Shown here in pieces: positions 24,751 through 37,440 of a DNA stretch of 64,000 nucleotides (the first letter of the stretch is position 1; each line of letters opens with the position of its first letter). The translations under genes were made by a program, and so were the position numbers. The stretch is from Chiloscyllium plagiosum. Lineage: Eukaryota. The DNA lies in assembly GCF_004010195.1 (NCBI RefSeq), contig NC_057728.1, positions 45,038,286 through 45,102,285 on the forward strand, given 5' to 3'. Below the pieces are notes generated by a model. That model ran no database searches and was not told the origin of the DNA. It worked only from the letters and a program-made list of their open reading frames with translations.

Positions 24751-27700
24751 CTGAAGAAAAACATTCATACTTCATCACTAGTAGAACAAATATTAGAAGC
24801 AAGTTTATTCAGCTTTTTAAAGATCTGTTGTTTTATTCTATAACTTGTCTTATTATTCAGAACCGCCCGCAAAGAAATAGCATTGCATTTGTGTAACACC
24901 CTTCATTAGCATAACATTTCAGATACAAGATGAGGAGGATACTACACAGTAGCATTAGATATTAAGGAAATAGACAAAAATGGTCCATAAATTTTAACAA
25001 ACATTTGTGAACAAGAGGGAGTGCGGGGAATGGAGGAGGAACTGTAATTTGGATGGATTTCTCAAGGACAGAGGTTTAGTGACTAAAACATCCATATCAA
25101 ATGAAAGTGGATCAAAGGAGTCAGAGGATTGAAAAATGAACATAGAGTTACATACTCCGAATATATTGTTCATCTTGAACGGTTTAAGTTCGCGAGAGAT
25201 TTCAAGATGGTTTTCTTGAAAATAACATTCTGGAGGTTAGTGAGCCATTTAAGATTGATAGAGATGGACATATCCTTCAGTAAGAGGACATAAACCATAT
25301 AAATTTGATTCACCAAAGTTTGGTGAATTGTCAGTCAGCCAGAGGATATTTGAGAACTTGATGTTTGATGCAGTGAAGGCAGGTTAAATTCAAAAAAGTA
25401 CGGAGCCATGTAAAAAACCAATAAGTGCATGTTGTGCTAAATAGTTCCTGCTCCATGTATGCATAGTGAATGTGGCTGCAACTTATGAACTAATTAGACT
25501 AAAGCAGTTTAGTTCAAGCTATTCTCTAAGATGCAACATCTCACTGGCTTTGGGTGCACAAAATGATGGGATAAATGTACAGCCATATAGTTCCCACTAT
25601 TAGGAATAGAACTCTGATATGAAAAGAATTATAAAGTCTTAGTAAACTAACCTTCAAAAGCTGTGAGATGAAAAACCCCAGAGCAAGTTCTCATTTCTAT
25701 TCAACCAAGGTATGTTTTACAATTAGTAAGAAAATAAGGAAATAAAAGAGCTGCATTTTCCAATATTGGACAAGTCTGAGGCAATTCAATCAAAGGTCCA
25801 ACAGAGAAACATCATGCAAAATAATGGAGGTTGTTCTTGCCAAGAAACTGCAGTCCTTTATTCTAAATTGAACTATCTATGGACTAAACAATCCCTGCAG
25901 CTTCTAAGAGACGTAATCCTCTAGGTAATGAAAATGGTCTAAAATAAAAAGAATTTTCTGACATTGCAAACATTTCTGCTATGGAAGCAAAAGGAATAAT
26001 TTTGCTGATGGAAAAGTTATACCCATTATTGTCAGTTATATAGTGTTTTGCTTTGAGTTTCTGATAAAAATATAAATCTGTTTTGCTTCTGTGCTTCAGA
26101 TGTAAAAAAAACTCATACAATTTTTCCAATCAGCCAGCTTCTTAGCATCGATGGAAAATCTTCTTTATCAGAAGTTCCACCAAGCTGGATAATAAAATGT
26201 CTCACTGTATGTGGTCAAGACAGGTGCATTCCATTGATTACTCCCTCCTTGCTTGTGAAGCTACTGTATTATGCCAAACTCAGTGCTCGTGTAACCATGT
26301 AATGAAAATTTTAAGAAGTTGAGACTCAGTCCAAATTATGTTACAGTTGTAAATTCTCCTCGCTTGAATTAATGTCAGATTTCTTACCTTAATTTCTGTG
26401 TGAACTAAGGTCAGACAACCAACATTAAATGTGCATATTGAAGAATGATGATGATTAAGAATGCAACAGAGTTTTCCACTGTAAAATGTATGCTTAAATA
26501 CATGAAAACAAACTGTTTGTGGAATAAATGTCCTTATATGTCCATAATTCAATTGATATTGTAAAAGGGAATATGACACTTACTTGAGAATAAGGAGAAA
26601 TGTTGGGGAATTGGGATTTAATAGATAAAGGCCATCAATGACAAATACCATGGTCAATCTGACTCAAAATACTGAAATCCTAGTCCTTCCCTTTTCTTTC
26701 TAAATTTCATTTTGGTGAAAGAACATTATTGCTGTATTGAAAGTATTAGTTTTGAAGCAATGGCATCCAGTCTGAACAATGACATAGTTTAGTAACAGCA
26801 TACGCAGAAAGGAGTTATGTGAGCAGAGTATAATCCTAAACAAATATTTGCAACTAGTACTTATTTTTATCTTTTTTTGTACCAACTTTACCAGAAATAG
26901 AAAAAAAGTTATTCCTGCAGCATATGCTTGAGGTTTTTCACTTTCTGCAGTCATAAGTTTTTAAAAGTATAAAACTCTTCATTTGAGAATCTTAAAATTA
27001 GGTCTGACATGGGCTTACACTAAAGTAGTTTTGAAAAGATTAAAAGGAAAAACAAACTATTTCCACTGGTTGGGAGCTCACAAGCCAGTGGGTTTGTATT
27101 CCACACTATCACCAAAGTTTGGATTTCTAATGCAACATTATTACAACATAATATTATTTGAAAGTTAACATATATAATTGGTGAAAAAACATAAAAAAGT
27201 TTATAGGGAAAGAGAGCAGATTGGGCTGAAATGCAAAACACTTTCAGGTCTAATGGGTAAAATGTTTCCTGCAGCACCCCCAAGTAAATGAGGATCTAAA
27301 CCTCCTCCAGATCTTTGAAGGCAGTTGCAATGTAATGTATGGCATTCCAAGATGAACCACACCTTATTGTTACTGGTGGATAGGCTTTTGGCTATTTTTA
27401 TATTAAAATTAAGAAAACTATCATCTGTTGAATGTGCTTTAGGCTTGGAAATAAAAGTAGGAATTTGTCTTTACCTGTCAGTGTTATGCATATGCATCAG
27501 TTTTTCATGCAAAATAGCAAACAAAAATATATTTTTTCTATTGTGTTATCTTTTCTCTTATTGTGCTGAAAAATCAGTGTTGCAATTTATCACAGCTTGC
27601 TATCAATTTCTTAAAAATTGTGTCAGAAAAATGAAGTGATGTCCTACTACCTCCAAGATTCCATGGCCAATGTGCAAGTTGGTTCTTCACCTTCCATATT

Positions 27701-28196
27701 GTAAATGATGACAGATTACATTAAAAATGCTAAATAAACTTTATTGTCCTGATTGCTGTGGAGGATCAGTGAGCTCAGTTAATTGGATGGCTGGTTTACA
27801 ATTCAGAGTAATACCAACAGCACAAGTTAAATTCCTGTATTAGTTGAAGTCACCATCAAGGTCCCACATTTTTAACCCCACGCTCCACTTGAGGTACAGT
27901 GATCCTCAGGTCAAACTCACCACCAGTTATGGCTCTCTAATGAGCAAATTGGCCTATGTAACTTTATCTTTTATTGTCCTGGTTATGGTTCTAAATATAT
28001 GATGCCCATTTCTGATAATGTTGCCCGATGATCTCATGGCCTTAAACCTGGAACAAAGGAATAATCCATAGAACAATGGCTCCATGTCAATGAACAAGAG
28101 ATATTCTTTGAATGAACTAACTGAAGGTTTTGTTCTCTTCTATACATGCAATCCCTGAGTCTTTCAGATTTTCACAATTTGATACAATTCTGATAT

Positions 28197-28522
28197 GGGT
28201 TGCATGGTGGCTCAGTGGTTAGCACTGCTGCCTCACAGCACCACGGTCCTGGGTTCAATCCCAACCTCAGGGCGACTCTGTGGAGTTTGCACATTCTCTC
28301 CATGTCTGCGTGGATTTCCTCGAGGTGCTCTGGTTTCCTCCAAAAATGTGTTGGCTCAATTGCCCAGTGTCCAGGGATGTGTCGGCTAGGTGGGTTAGCC
28401 ATGGGATATGTGGGTTTACAGGGATTTAGTTACAGAGTGGGTCTAGATAGGATACTCTTTGGAATGTCGGTGTGGATTCAATGGGCTGAATGGCCTGTTT
28501 CCACACTCTAGGGTTTCTATGA
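28197..28522 (+). mobile_element. HE1-type SINE
   Basis: tRNA-like head tggctcagtggttagc...ggttcaatcc; 3' end gggctgaatggcctgtttccacact. Confidence 0.82.
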
Positions 28523-29158
28523 TGGAAAGAGGTGAATCAATTCAGAAGAACCAGCATGGATTTGTTAAGGGGAATATCAAGTCTAACTTTCTGGTATTTG
28601 TCTGAAGAGACAACAGAAAGGGCTGTTGAGGGAAAGGTTGATGATGTAGTGTACATCAGCTTCCAAAAAGTTTTGACACAATGCCAGACTACAGACTTGT
28701 GAGGAAAGTTATAGATCTTTGAATAAAAGGGACAGTACTAACATGGATTTAAAAAAAAAACTGGGATAAGAAACAGAGGGTATGGCTAATGAGTATTTTT
28801 TGGGCTAGAAGAAAGTTTTGACTGAGTTCCCAAAGGATCAATATTGCTTTTACTGATATATCTATAGATAAGTGATCTAGAACTTGATGAGTAGAGGGTG
28901 GTTTTGAAATTTGCAGATGACACAAAATTTAGGAGAATTATAAATGGTCAGTAGGACAATGGTGAATTTCAAAGTGATATTGAGACATTAGTGGAGTCGG
29001 CAGATAGGTGGCAGATGAAGTCCAATGTGTTGAGGAGTGAGGTAAAGCACTTTGGGACATTACCTCAGACAGAGACAGTATAAAGGATTATATTCTAAAT
29101 GGTGTGCAGGAGCAGAGAGATCCAGGCATGACTGACATAAATCACAGATATAATTTAG

Positions 29159-29432
29159 AGGGCAGATGATGACTCAGTGGTTAGCAATCCTGCCTCACAG
29201 TGCCAGGTTCAATCCCAGCTATGGGTGACTGTCTGTATGGAGTTTGCACATTTTCCCTATGTCTTTGAGGAGTTCCACCAGGTGCTCTGGTTTCTTCTCA
29301 CAGTCCATGATGTGCAGGTTAGGTGGATTGGCCGTGGTCAATGCACGGATAGGGTGGGGATGCCCGAGTCTGGGTGGGATGCTGTTCAAAGAGTTGGTGC
29401 ACAGTTAATGGGCCAAATGGCCTCTTTCCACA
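29159..29432 (+). mobile_element. HE1-type SINE
   Basis: Same head, core and tail as 2148-2477. Confidence 0.75.
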
Positions 29433-30047
29433 CATAGAAGATAGGAGCAGCAGAAGGCCATTTGGCCTTTCAAGCCTACTCCACCATTCATCAGGATCAT
29501 GGCTGATCATCCAACTCAATAGCCTAATCCTGCTTTCTCCCCATTACCTTCAGTCCCATTCACGCAAGTGCTATATCTATTTGCTTCTTGAATACGTTCA
29601 ATATTTTGACATCAACTAATGAATTCCACAGGCTTACAACTCTTAGGTAAAGAAATGTCTCATCTCCATCCAAAATGGTCTACCTGGAATCTTCAGGCTA
29701 TGATCCCTGGATCTGGACACACCCAGCATTGGGAACATCCTCCTTGCATCTACCCTGTCTAGTCCTGTTAGAATTTTATAAGTGTCCATGAGATCCCTGC
29801 AGGGATTTGATGATTAAAGGTGCAGGATGAGTAGACAGAGCTAAGGATCAAGCAGACAATATCCTAGACTTCTTAAATAGTGAGAAAATGTACAAGAGCA
29901 GGGAGGTTATGATGACATTAGATAAAACACTGGTTAGATCTCAGCTGGAGTACTGTGAACAGGTCTGGGTTCCAAGCTACAGAAAGGATGTGAATACATT
30001 GGACAGAGTGCATGAGGGATGTACAATGAGATACCTCAGTTATGAGG

Positions 30048-30243
30048 GAGGAAATGAGAACTGCAGATGCTGGAGATCAGAGTCAAAAAATGTGGTGCTG
30101 GAAAAACACAGCCAGTCAGGCAGCATCCGAGCAGCAGGAGAGTTGGTGTTTCAAGCATAAGAGCTTACGCTTGAAATGTCAACTCTCCTGCTGCTCGAAT
30201 GCTCCCTGACCAGTTGTGCTTTTCCAGCGCCACACCTTTTGAC
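30048..30243. mobile_element. Palindromic PLE terminus, family A
   Basis: TSD tac(c/a)tcag(t/a)tatgagg at 30032-30047 / 30244-30259; the CUGANGA segment is deleted at the centre. Confidence 0.75.
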
Positions 30244-30887
30244 TACATCAGATATGAGGAAAGATTGAAGAAGCTGGAATTGTTTTCCTTGGAACCCAGA
30301 TACAAGAGGAGATTTGATGGAAGTTTGGAAGTACAGTGTCAAGTGAGGCATTGGATGCTTGCTTCTATTTAAACAAAGTGCAAGGTTACAGGGAAAAGGC
30401 AGCACGTTAGCAACAGAAATTCTCAGATAGCTAAAGCAATATGACTGGATCGAATGATTTCTTCTGTGATTTTGTGGCTCAAACCCACTTCCAATCACTT
30501 TGGAACACCTGCAAAGAAATGACACAGTTTAAAGGAAATTTTGAAACAGACAGACCTGAGGGATTAAGCCCCTGAAGTTCTGATGATGTTTGGTGAAGTA
30601 AAAAAAAAAGCACACAAGATCCTTGGCTTTATAGAAGAAACTGCAGAATATTAGAACACAAGAAATTATGGTAAACCATTATTAAACTGCTGAGGCCTGA
30701 GCTAGAATACTGTGCCCAATTTCAGACAACACATCTTTGGAAAGATGTGAAGGTTTGGTGAAGTAACAAAAGAGAGTCCAGACTGGGATGAGAGAGTTCA
30801 GTTATGGGAAGAAGGTCCATATTTATCCTAAAACAGAAATGGTTAAGGAGATATTGATAAAGGTATATAAAATGTCAGGCTTTTAAA

Positions 30888-31215
30888 AATTCATTCAGGG
30901 GCATTGTTGAATCAACCATAACGTCCATTTCTAAATGTTCCATAGAATGTGGTAGTGAGATGCCTTCTTGAATTGCTGCAGTCAATGTGGCATAGGTACA
31001 TGCAGAATCTAGTTAGGGAGGGAGTTTAAGGACATTGACCCAGTGACAGTGAAACAATGATGACAGTTCCAAGTCAGCATGGTGTGTGCCTTGGAAGTAA
31101 CCTGAAGGTGGTGATATTTCCATACATTTGCTGCTCTTGTCCTTCTGGGTAATAGAGATTTTGGGATTGGAAGGTGCCGCTGAAAGAGCTTTGGTGAACT
31201 GTTGCTGGAGGGATG
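30888..31215 (-). mobile_element. LINE 3' fragment
   Basis: Reverse complement of the 1425-1722 family. Confidence 0.6.
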
Positions 31216-32339
31216 TAACCAAAGGACTCAGATTTAAGAAAACAAGTAAAATAAATCCCGGGGATGGTTGAGATTTTTTTTAATACAGGGTTCTTTTAAT
31301 CTGGAATAGCTAAAATGATGATGGAAGCAGATTGAATCATAAATTTGACCTGGGAATTGGAGTTGAGATTAGCCATGATCTTTTTAAATGACACAGCAAG
31401 GCTGAGGGGATGAATGGCTTACTCTTGCTTCTAGTTCCTATTTGAAATGTATGTATTTTGACTTCCTGCTATTACCAAGTGAATAGATGAACAGATTAGC
31501 AACTGTCCAAATTGCTCACTGCAATTTTCCTGTGCTTGGGTCTTTTGGAGTGTGGAATCTTTACCACAAAGGGCTGTTAAAGCTGGGTCATCTTACATAT
31601 TTTAAACTAACATAGATAGATTTTTCACCAGTGCGGCAATCAAGGATAACAGGGAAAAGGCAGTGGAGTTCAGGATTATCAGATCAGCCATGATCTCATT
31701 GAATGGCGGAGTGGACTCAATGGGCTGAATGGCCTACTTCTACTCCTTTGTCTGATGGTTATATATACACTGAAAAGGAGAAACTTACAAGACTATGAAG
31801 AAACACCAAGTGGATCATAAGAAACAGACAGCTCTTCAAAGATTATTCTTCACTGAGACACAATGGGTTAACTGACCTCCCTTTGAGCCCAATGTGGAAG
31901 ATGATCACCACTTTTGCACAGGAGGAATCAGCAGCTATTCAGTTCAGCAGAAAACATGCTTCCTCACTACTTTGTCTAACAACATTATTTATGATGAACG
32001 AGTATATAGTTTAAAACACAGAACCCCAGCCCACCAGTCATCATAATAAATAAAAATGTATGAATCAAAATTCCATTAGGATATCAGCATTACTTAGTTA
32101 TAGTTTCTGAAACATTCCCCAACATGGAAATTTCCAGCAATATTAGACCTAAGCAGCTGATTTTATTTGTAAATAGAGTTATGTCTAAAAAGATGTGTCA
32201 AGACTTGATGAATAAAGGGGTGTTAGGTATCATCAGGATGTACACGTTCCACTGAGGATTAATCAGCCTGTAGCACAGTCACTTAACCATAATTATCACC
32301 AGGAATCAAATTCCTAAAATACAGAGTTTCACTTGTAAA

Positions 32340-35310
32340 TCTGTATTAGAAGGAAGACGTCGAGTCAATTAACGTTTGGCAAGCTTCTTAATGTTTGGGA
32401 TTTCGTTTATGGAAAAAGGGAATACACGCAGCTAACGCCTTTAACAAATTCGATAGCCTTTGCAAACGCAATCTCAAATCTGAATATGAATGATTCTGAA
32501 TGTTAATCTGGATCACAGAATCTTGTGGCGCGGGCGGCGGTCATTCGGCCCATCGTGTGTCTGCTCCATGTTAGCCACAGAGACGCGGTAGGTTATGTGT
32601 GTTAACCAACCGTAATTTTGAAACAATTGATAGCTACCGTTGGATTGTCAAATCTTCTTTCCAATTTAATGTTCGATTCTCACACAATGCTACATTGAGA
32701 TCTCGTCTGAAAACCTGCTAAAATGCCAAACCAGCCGCAGCCAGCGCCAAAGTGTTCAACAATCTGACATGTCAGCGGGGATGATGCAAAAGCGGGATTG
32801 GCCATTCGAGATGGCGGTTTGTGGCTTTAAAGCAGAATGCTGTAACTTTATATTTCCAGCTGGCGTCTTATTTAACCAAAATAAAAGAGAGTCAGTATTC
32901 AAAATATCCAGAAAGCTGATGCCGTTATTTCAGATTAATTTCATTTTTGCCTCAGCGACCTCTCTAGAGAGGAATCAAACAGATTGTTCTCCAATGCCTA
33001 TCAAGCTGTCCCCATGAAATCAATAGCGACTCAAAGTAGACATCCCACCTCCGCATTACAACAGCTGCCTGGCAAATCATTTCATGGACATTAGGCTGGT
33101 GTGTAGAATTAAAATGAAATACAAAGAACACACACAGGCAGGTGTCAGACTGAGATACTCACTAATTCCTGTTGCATCACTCTGACACAACCAGGGGTCA
33201 TTTTATTCAATAAGCCGGTTACAAGATTGACTGCTCCCCACAGTCACGGGATGCTGAAAGATGAGAGTGCGGCTGGATGAGGATCATCGCGTCCTTCAGC
33301 AGCCTCCCCCACCTCTGACAGCAAGTTTTATCTCCCCATCACAACCTCTTCTACATCTACACACACTACAACAGCCCCATCATTCTCAACAAGGGCTGGG
33401 TTCCATCCTCTCAACCTCGCGTCTGCCCACAGAAATACTGGAGAGTTATTTCATTGACAACAATATTCCCTCTTATCCATCAAATATGAAGCGAGAGGAA
33501 GCCAACGTGAAACCATTATCCATTAAATTCGACAGGTGTGGGTCGAATAAACTGACAGGAGGGGCGTGTGGGGAGGAGGGTCGCAGGACACACTTTAAGC
33601 GACCTTGGAATGAAACTTGTCAATACAGACTGCAGCAGATTAAATGCAGCGCACACTGCAGCACCACGCAGCGTTATCGTTCATTGCATATAAAGAAATA
33701 AACTCCTGTGCAGTCTGATGGGTTTGTGTTTACACTGACATGCGAGCACTTCCATGTGTGTCGATGTATTTGTGTGTGTTTGCATTAGTGCCTGTTTGTA
33801 TCTGAATGTCTGTGTATATATTATTGTATGTGCGGCACATACAGACGCAGTGGGCCGAGCAGACACACCCGCTAGATGAAATTTGCATACAAGCCCAAAC
33901 ATACGCAAATCCCATCCTCTCTCAGACAGCCGCCATCCAACCAACTCCGCCAAGTTACCAACCAAATAAAATCAAAGAACTGATTTCGCCGGTCTCTGTT
34001 CCGCCCCCGTCTACAACACCGTTTGCTTTTTGCAATGCAATAAGTGCAGGGACTGCAGCACCATGAATGAAATGCTCCCGAGCTGAGCGAACGTCTCCGC
34101 GTATTATTTTCTTCACAATTCTCAAACGCACGGACCTATTCCAATAGATTTACCCTACCTTCACTGGAACATATCCAAATTACAAAATCGTTCTAAATTA
34201 GAATTACGTTACAAATTACAATCGCTTTTTTAAAACAAAGGTAAATACAATTTGTGGCTATGACTTGTAACGCTGCGCATCATCTTACCTTCTCGCAACG
34301 CAAGTGAAATGAGTGAAGGCTCTCTCTGTATTGGCTTGCTGAGGGACTGAAGAAGTGGCTTTCACATGATGAGAGACTTGAATGTTTCTAACAGAGAGCC
34401 ACACCTTCAATGAACACACACCCTCCAGTGACGAACGTCAATAACACAAGCTGTTCACTTAAAGGGATTTTCTCGGTCGACTTCCAATAAGGTTCCACCT
34501 CCTTCCGATTTCCAATTTCGTGATAAAAGAGATTTTGTTTTATTTTATGCAGTTTACACCTCCCCCAGATTAGTATTGTTCAGATCGAAGATTTACCCAG
34601 GGGCCAAAATCCTGGACAGGATTAAGATTGCATTGTGGCAATGTACAGTGTGCCTCATTATACTTTGGGTGATATCTCAGGCTCTATTCATCCTCCAAAA
34701 ACAGTTCAGCCGGGCATAAGGTCGCACCTTTCCCTTCAATCTCAGTAAAGCTCTTTAATTTAACCTACTAATTATCTATATAGTACTTGGCCAAACAGTT
34801 TGAAGACTTCAAACTCAAAGGGGCGTTGACACAAAAATTGAGAAAAAGGATTGTGCATTTTCCAATAACCAATGCAATGTCTTTGATTGCTATCGCGAAA
34901 GTGAGAAACGGCATGAAAATGATTGGGCAGCATCCTGGTCACACTAATGTTATTGATCCGGCTTCCCTTTTGCAGACCTGTTCCTGGTGCTCTATCTTCG
35001 CCCGTACTCCAGTTATTAAAACTCACAGATGTTCAGTTTCCTACTGCAGTCAGATTTGCAATTAAAGTCCCGGAGCACTGCGGCAGCGATAGAGATTGTA
35101 ACACTTTGCTCAAAGTCTCATTCTGACAAAGCCGAGGCGATTTTTGCCCGATTGGTCGATATGTTGTGCAGTTTTCAAGGATACATCCCTAATATTGTCT
35201 TTCCCAGGGCATCTTGATTTATAGAATATGATAGGTCTCTAGCACCCTAATCCTGAACTATGCATCAGAAGATTACCAGTACGTTACTGTCAGACAAGAG
35301 AGCCGGCGCC
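32340..35310. promoter_or_regulatory. CpG-rich promoter / first-intron regulatory region of SLC6A15
   Basis: CpG is visibly retained compared with the depleted flanks. Largely repeat-free. Contains a GC box ccgccccc (~34001), several CCAAT motifs (34140-34515) and TGACG-aa-CGTCA (34429-34440). Confidence 0.7.
34289..34440 (-). other. SLC6A15: Candidate non-coding first exon
   Basis: Strong donor AAG|gtaaga at 34289/34288 inside the CpG-rich region. The transcription start is not determinable. Confidence 0.45.
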
Positions 35311-35317
35311 ACGTTTT

Positions 35318-35750
35318 GGGGATGTGATGGCCTAGTATGGCCAAACTATTAATCCAGAGACCCAGGTAATGTTTTAGGAACCAGGGTTCAAACTATGCTA
35401 TGGCCGATGTTGGAATTTAAATTCAATAAAAAAGACTAGAATTAGGAATCTAATGATAGCCATTGTCACTTGTTAGAAAAACCTACTTGATTCATCACCA
35501 CCTTTTAGGGATGGAAACTTTACCTGGTCCGACTTACATGTGTCTCCAAACCCACAGCAATGTGATTGACTCTTAAGTGTCCTCTGAAATGACATAACAA
35601 GCCATTCCATTGTATCAGCTGCTCGAAAAAAGTGAAAACGAACCACCTGGCACATGGACAGCAGCATTTTAGGAAGGGAACTCAAGGGCAACTAGGTATG
35701 AGCAATAGTACTAGCCCAACCAGTGATGCCAATATCCCATGAGTGAATAT
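35318..35750 (+). mobile_element. tRNA-derived SINE sharing its 3' tail with the 1425-type LINE
   Basis: Head ...taatccagagaccc...gggttcaaa; related copies at 56047-56400 and 60225-60500; tail aagggcaactagg...gccaatatcccatga. Confidence 0.6.
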
Positions 35751-36796
35751 ATAACAAAAGTCTTTGCATGGAGCTATTTACAAAAAAAATTCAACTCTGA
35801 TATGTAACCTGATAAAGTCACCTTAGTTCCATAGGGATGCCATCTCAAAAGAGAGAGACAATCAGTGGTAGTTTCATGACACCTCAGACATGGTGAGAGT
35901 TTAGGGAAGGGTTGAGAAATGGGAACCTTTGTGGTAATTTCAGCTGGTATGGGAATGGAACCCACACTGTTGGCATCACTCTGCATTGGCATACAGGACT
36001 CTACTACTAAACAGGTACTGTAATTTAGATTGCTACACACCTTGATAGAGGTCATTCCAAAACTTAAAAGATGCTTGATGCTTTAGTGGCATCATTCTCT
36101 TCATGATAAAATACTTATTATTTGCTTATTTCCAACAAGAAGTTACACATCCTCTGTTTTCTCTTATTCATACTCTCCCTTTTATCACACCTGAAACCTT
36201 TAGCTTTTGCATCTCATCACATTTCAAGTCCCAATATTCTCCAACTCAAATATGTGTCTCTGAGGTGTTTCACAATGGAGAGGATATTGTATCTAGCAAT
36301 CTCTGAGAGGAAAGAACAACATCATTTTGTTTTATGATGGCATAACCATTTTTCTTACTTTTCAACTGCTATGTGGCTTTCTAAAAATAGAAGCAGTAGC
36401 TGACAAAAATATCGAATAATCCATATGAATATTTTAAAAGACTCTTTCAAACTTAGTGAAGGGACATTTCCATCCTCACTTACTAGCTGAGAGTAGAAGC
36501 CATTTTATTACCATTACTTTCTGTTTGTTTGGTGCCATATGCCAGATGTTTGTATATTGTGTGCTGCCTTCTGCAGGACGAATGAATAGTGTCAATTGGC
36601 TGCTGCAGTCTGCAGGTCCTACGCTCACAATCAGAATTAATGATGGAAATAATAGGAAGAGTGGAGCTGGGTTTTGCTCACATGGATAACAGCATGTGAG
36701 ATACAAAATGTTGTCAAGTGACCTTACGTCTGTGGCAAGGAGTCAGGTGTCATGTGGGATACTTTTAAAAAGTAATCCTTGACTGTTGTGATTGTA

Positions 36797-37440
36797 TTAA
36801 AAATCACAGAACACCAGGTTATAGTCCAACAGGTTTATTTGGAAGTGCAATCTTTCAGAACACTGCTCCTTCATCAGGTACCTAGTGGGGCAGGATTATA
36901 GGACACAGAATTTACAGTAAAAGATCAAAGTGTCATACAATTGATGCGATGTATTGAACAAACCTAGATTACTGTTAAATCTTTAATCACTGAGAATGGG
37001 TTACAGGTTTTGATTCATTAATATGTAAATCCCAGAACTTCTTTCAAGTAACATTCCCAAAATAACTTTAGATTTTTGAAAAAAGGTGACAGCTCAGACA
37101 ATGCATTAAAGTTTTTATGAAATCTTAAGTTATCTCAGGGATGTGACTTGAAAGAAGTTCTGGAATTTACATATTAATGAATCGAAACCTGCAACCCATT
37201 CTAAGTGATTAAAGACTTCACAGTAATCAAGGTTTGTTCAATACATCGCATTAGTTGTATGATACTTTGATCTTTTACTGTAAATCCTGTGTCCTATGAT
37301 CCTGCCCCACTAGCTACCTGATGAAGGAGCAGCGCTCCAAAAGCTTGTACTTCCTAATAGATCTGTTGGAGTATAACCTGGTGTTGTGTGATTTTTAACT
37401 TTATCCATCCCAGCCCAACACCGGCACCTCCACATTGTGG
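36797..37440. mobile_element. Large palindromic PLE insertion, family B
   Basis: Arms about 285 bp (36797-37080 / ~37115-37398) plus a ~40-nt unpaired tail; flanks tgtgatt(g/a)ta. Confidence 0.8.

Larger units (their letters stand above)
28530..30480 (+). mobile_element. Degenerate CR1 LINE RT region with nested SINE (29159-29432), inverted CR1 3' piece (29433-29800) and PLE (30048-30243)
   Basis: QHGF, KFADDTK, WQMK and YKSREVMMTLDKTLVRSQLEYCEQVW motifs. Confidence 0.7.
457..34440 (-). other. SLC6A15: SLC6A15 gene span within the window (3' end truncated by the window; 5' end approximate)
   Basis: Seven phase-consistent coding exons plus a candidate non-coding first exon in a CpG-rich region. 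The N-terminus [28 protein letters not shown] is the SLC6A15 type, not the SLC6A17 type (MPKNSKVTQREH...). Confidence 0.92.

Noticed and set aside
28225..28245. RE1-like CAGCACCACGGTCC
   Set aside because: It lies within a SINE head and the right half-site is poor.
33261..33701. 146-aa antisense ORF in the promoter region
   Set aside because: No recognisable domain; likely a by-product of GC-rich sequence.
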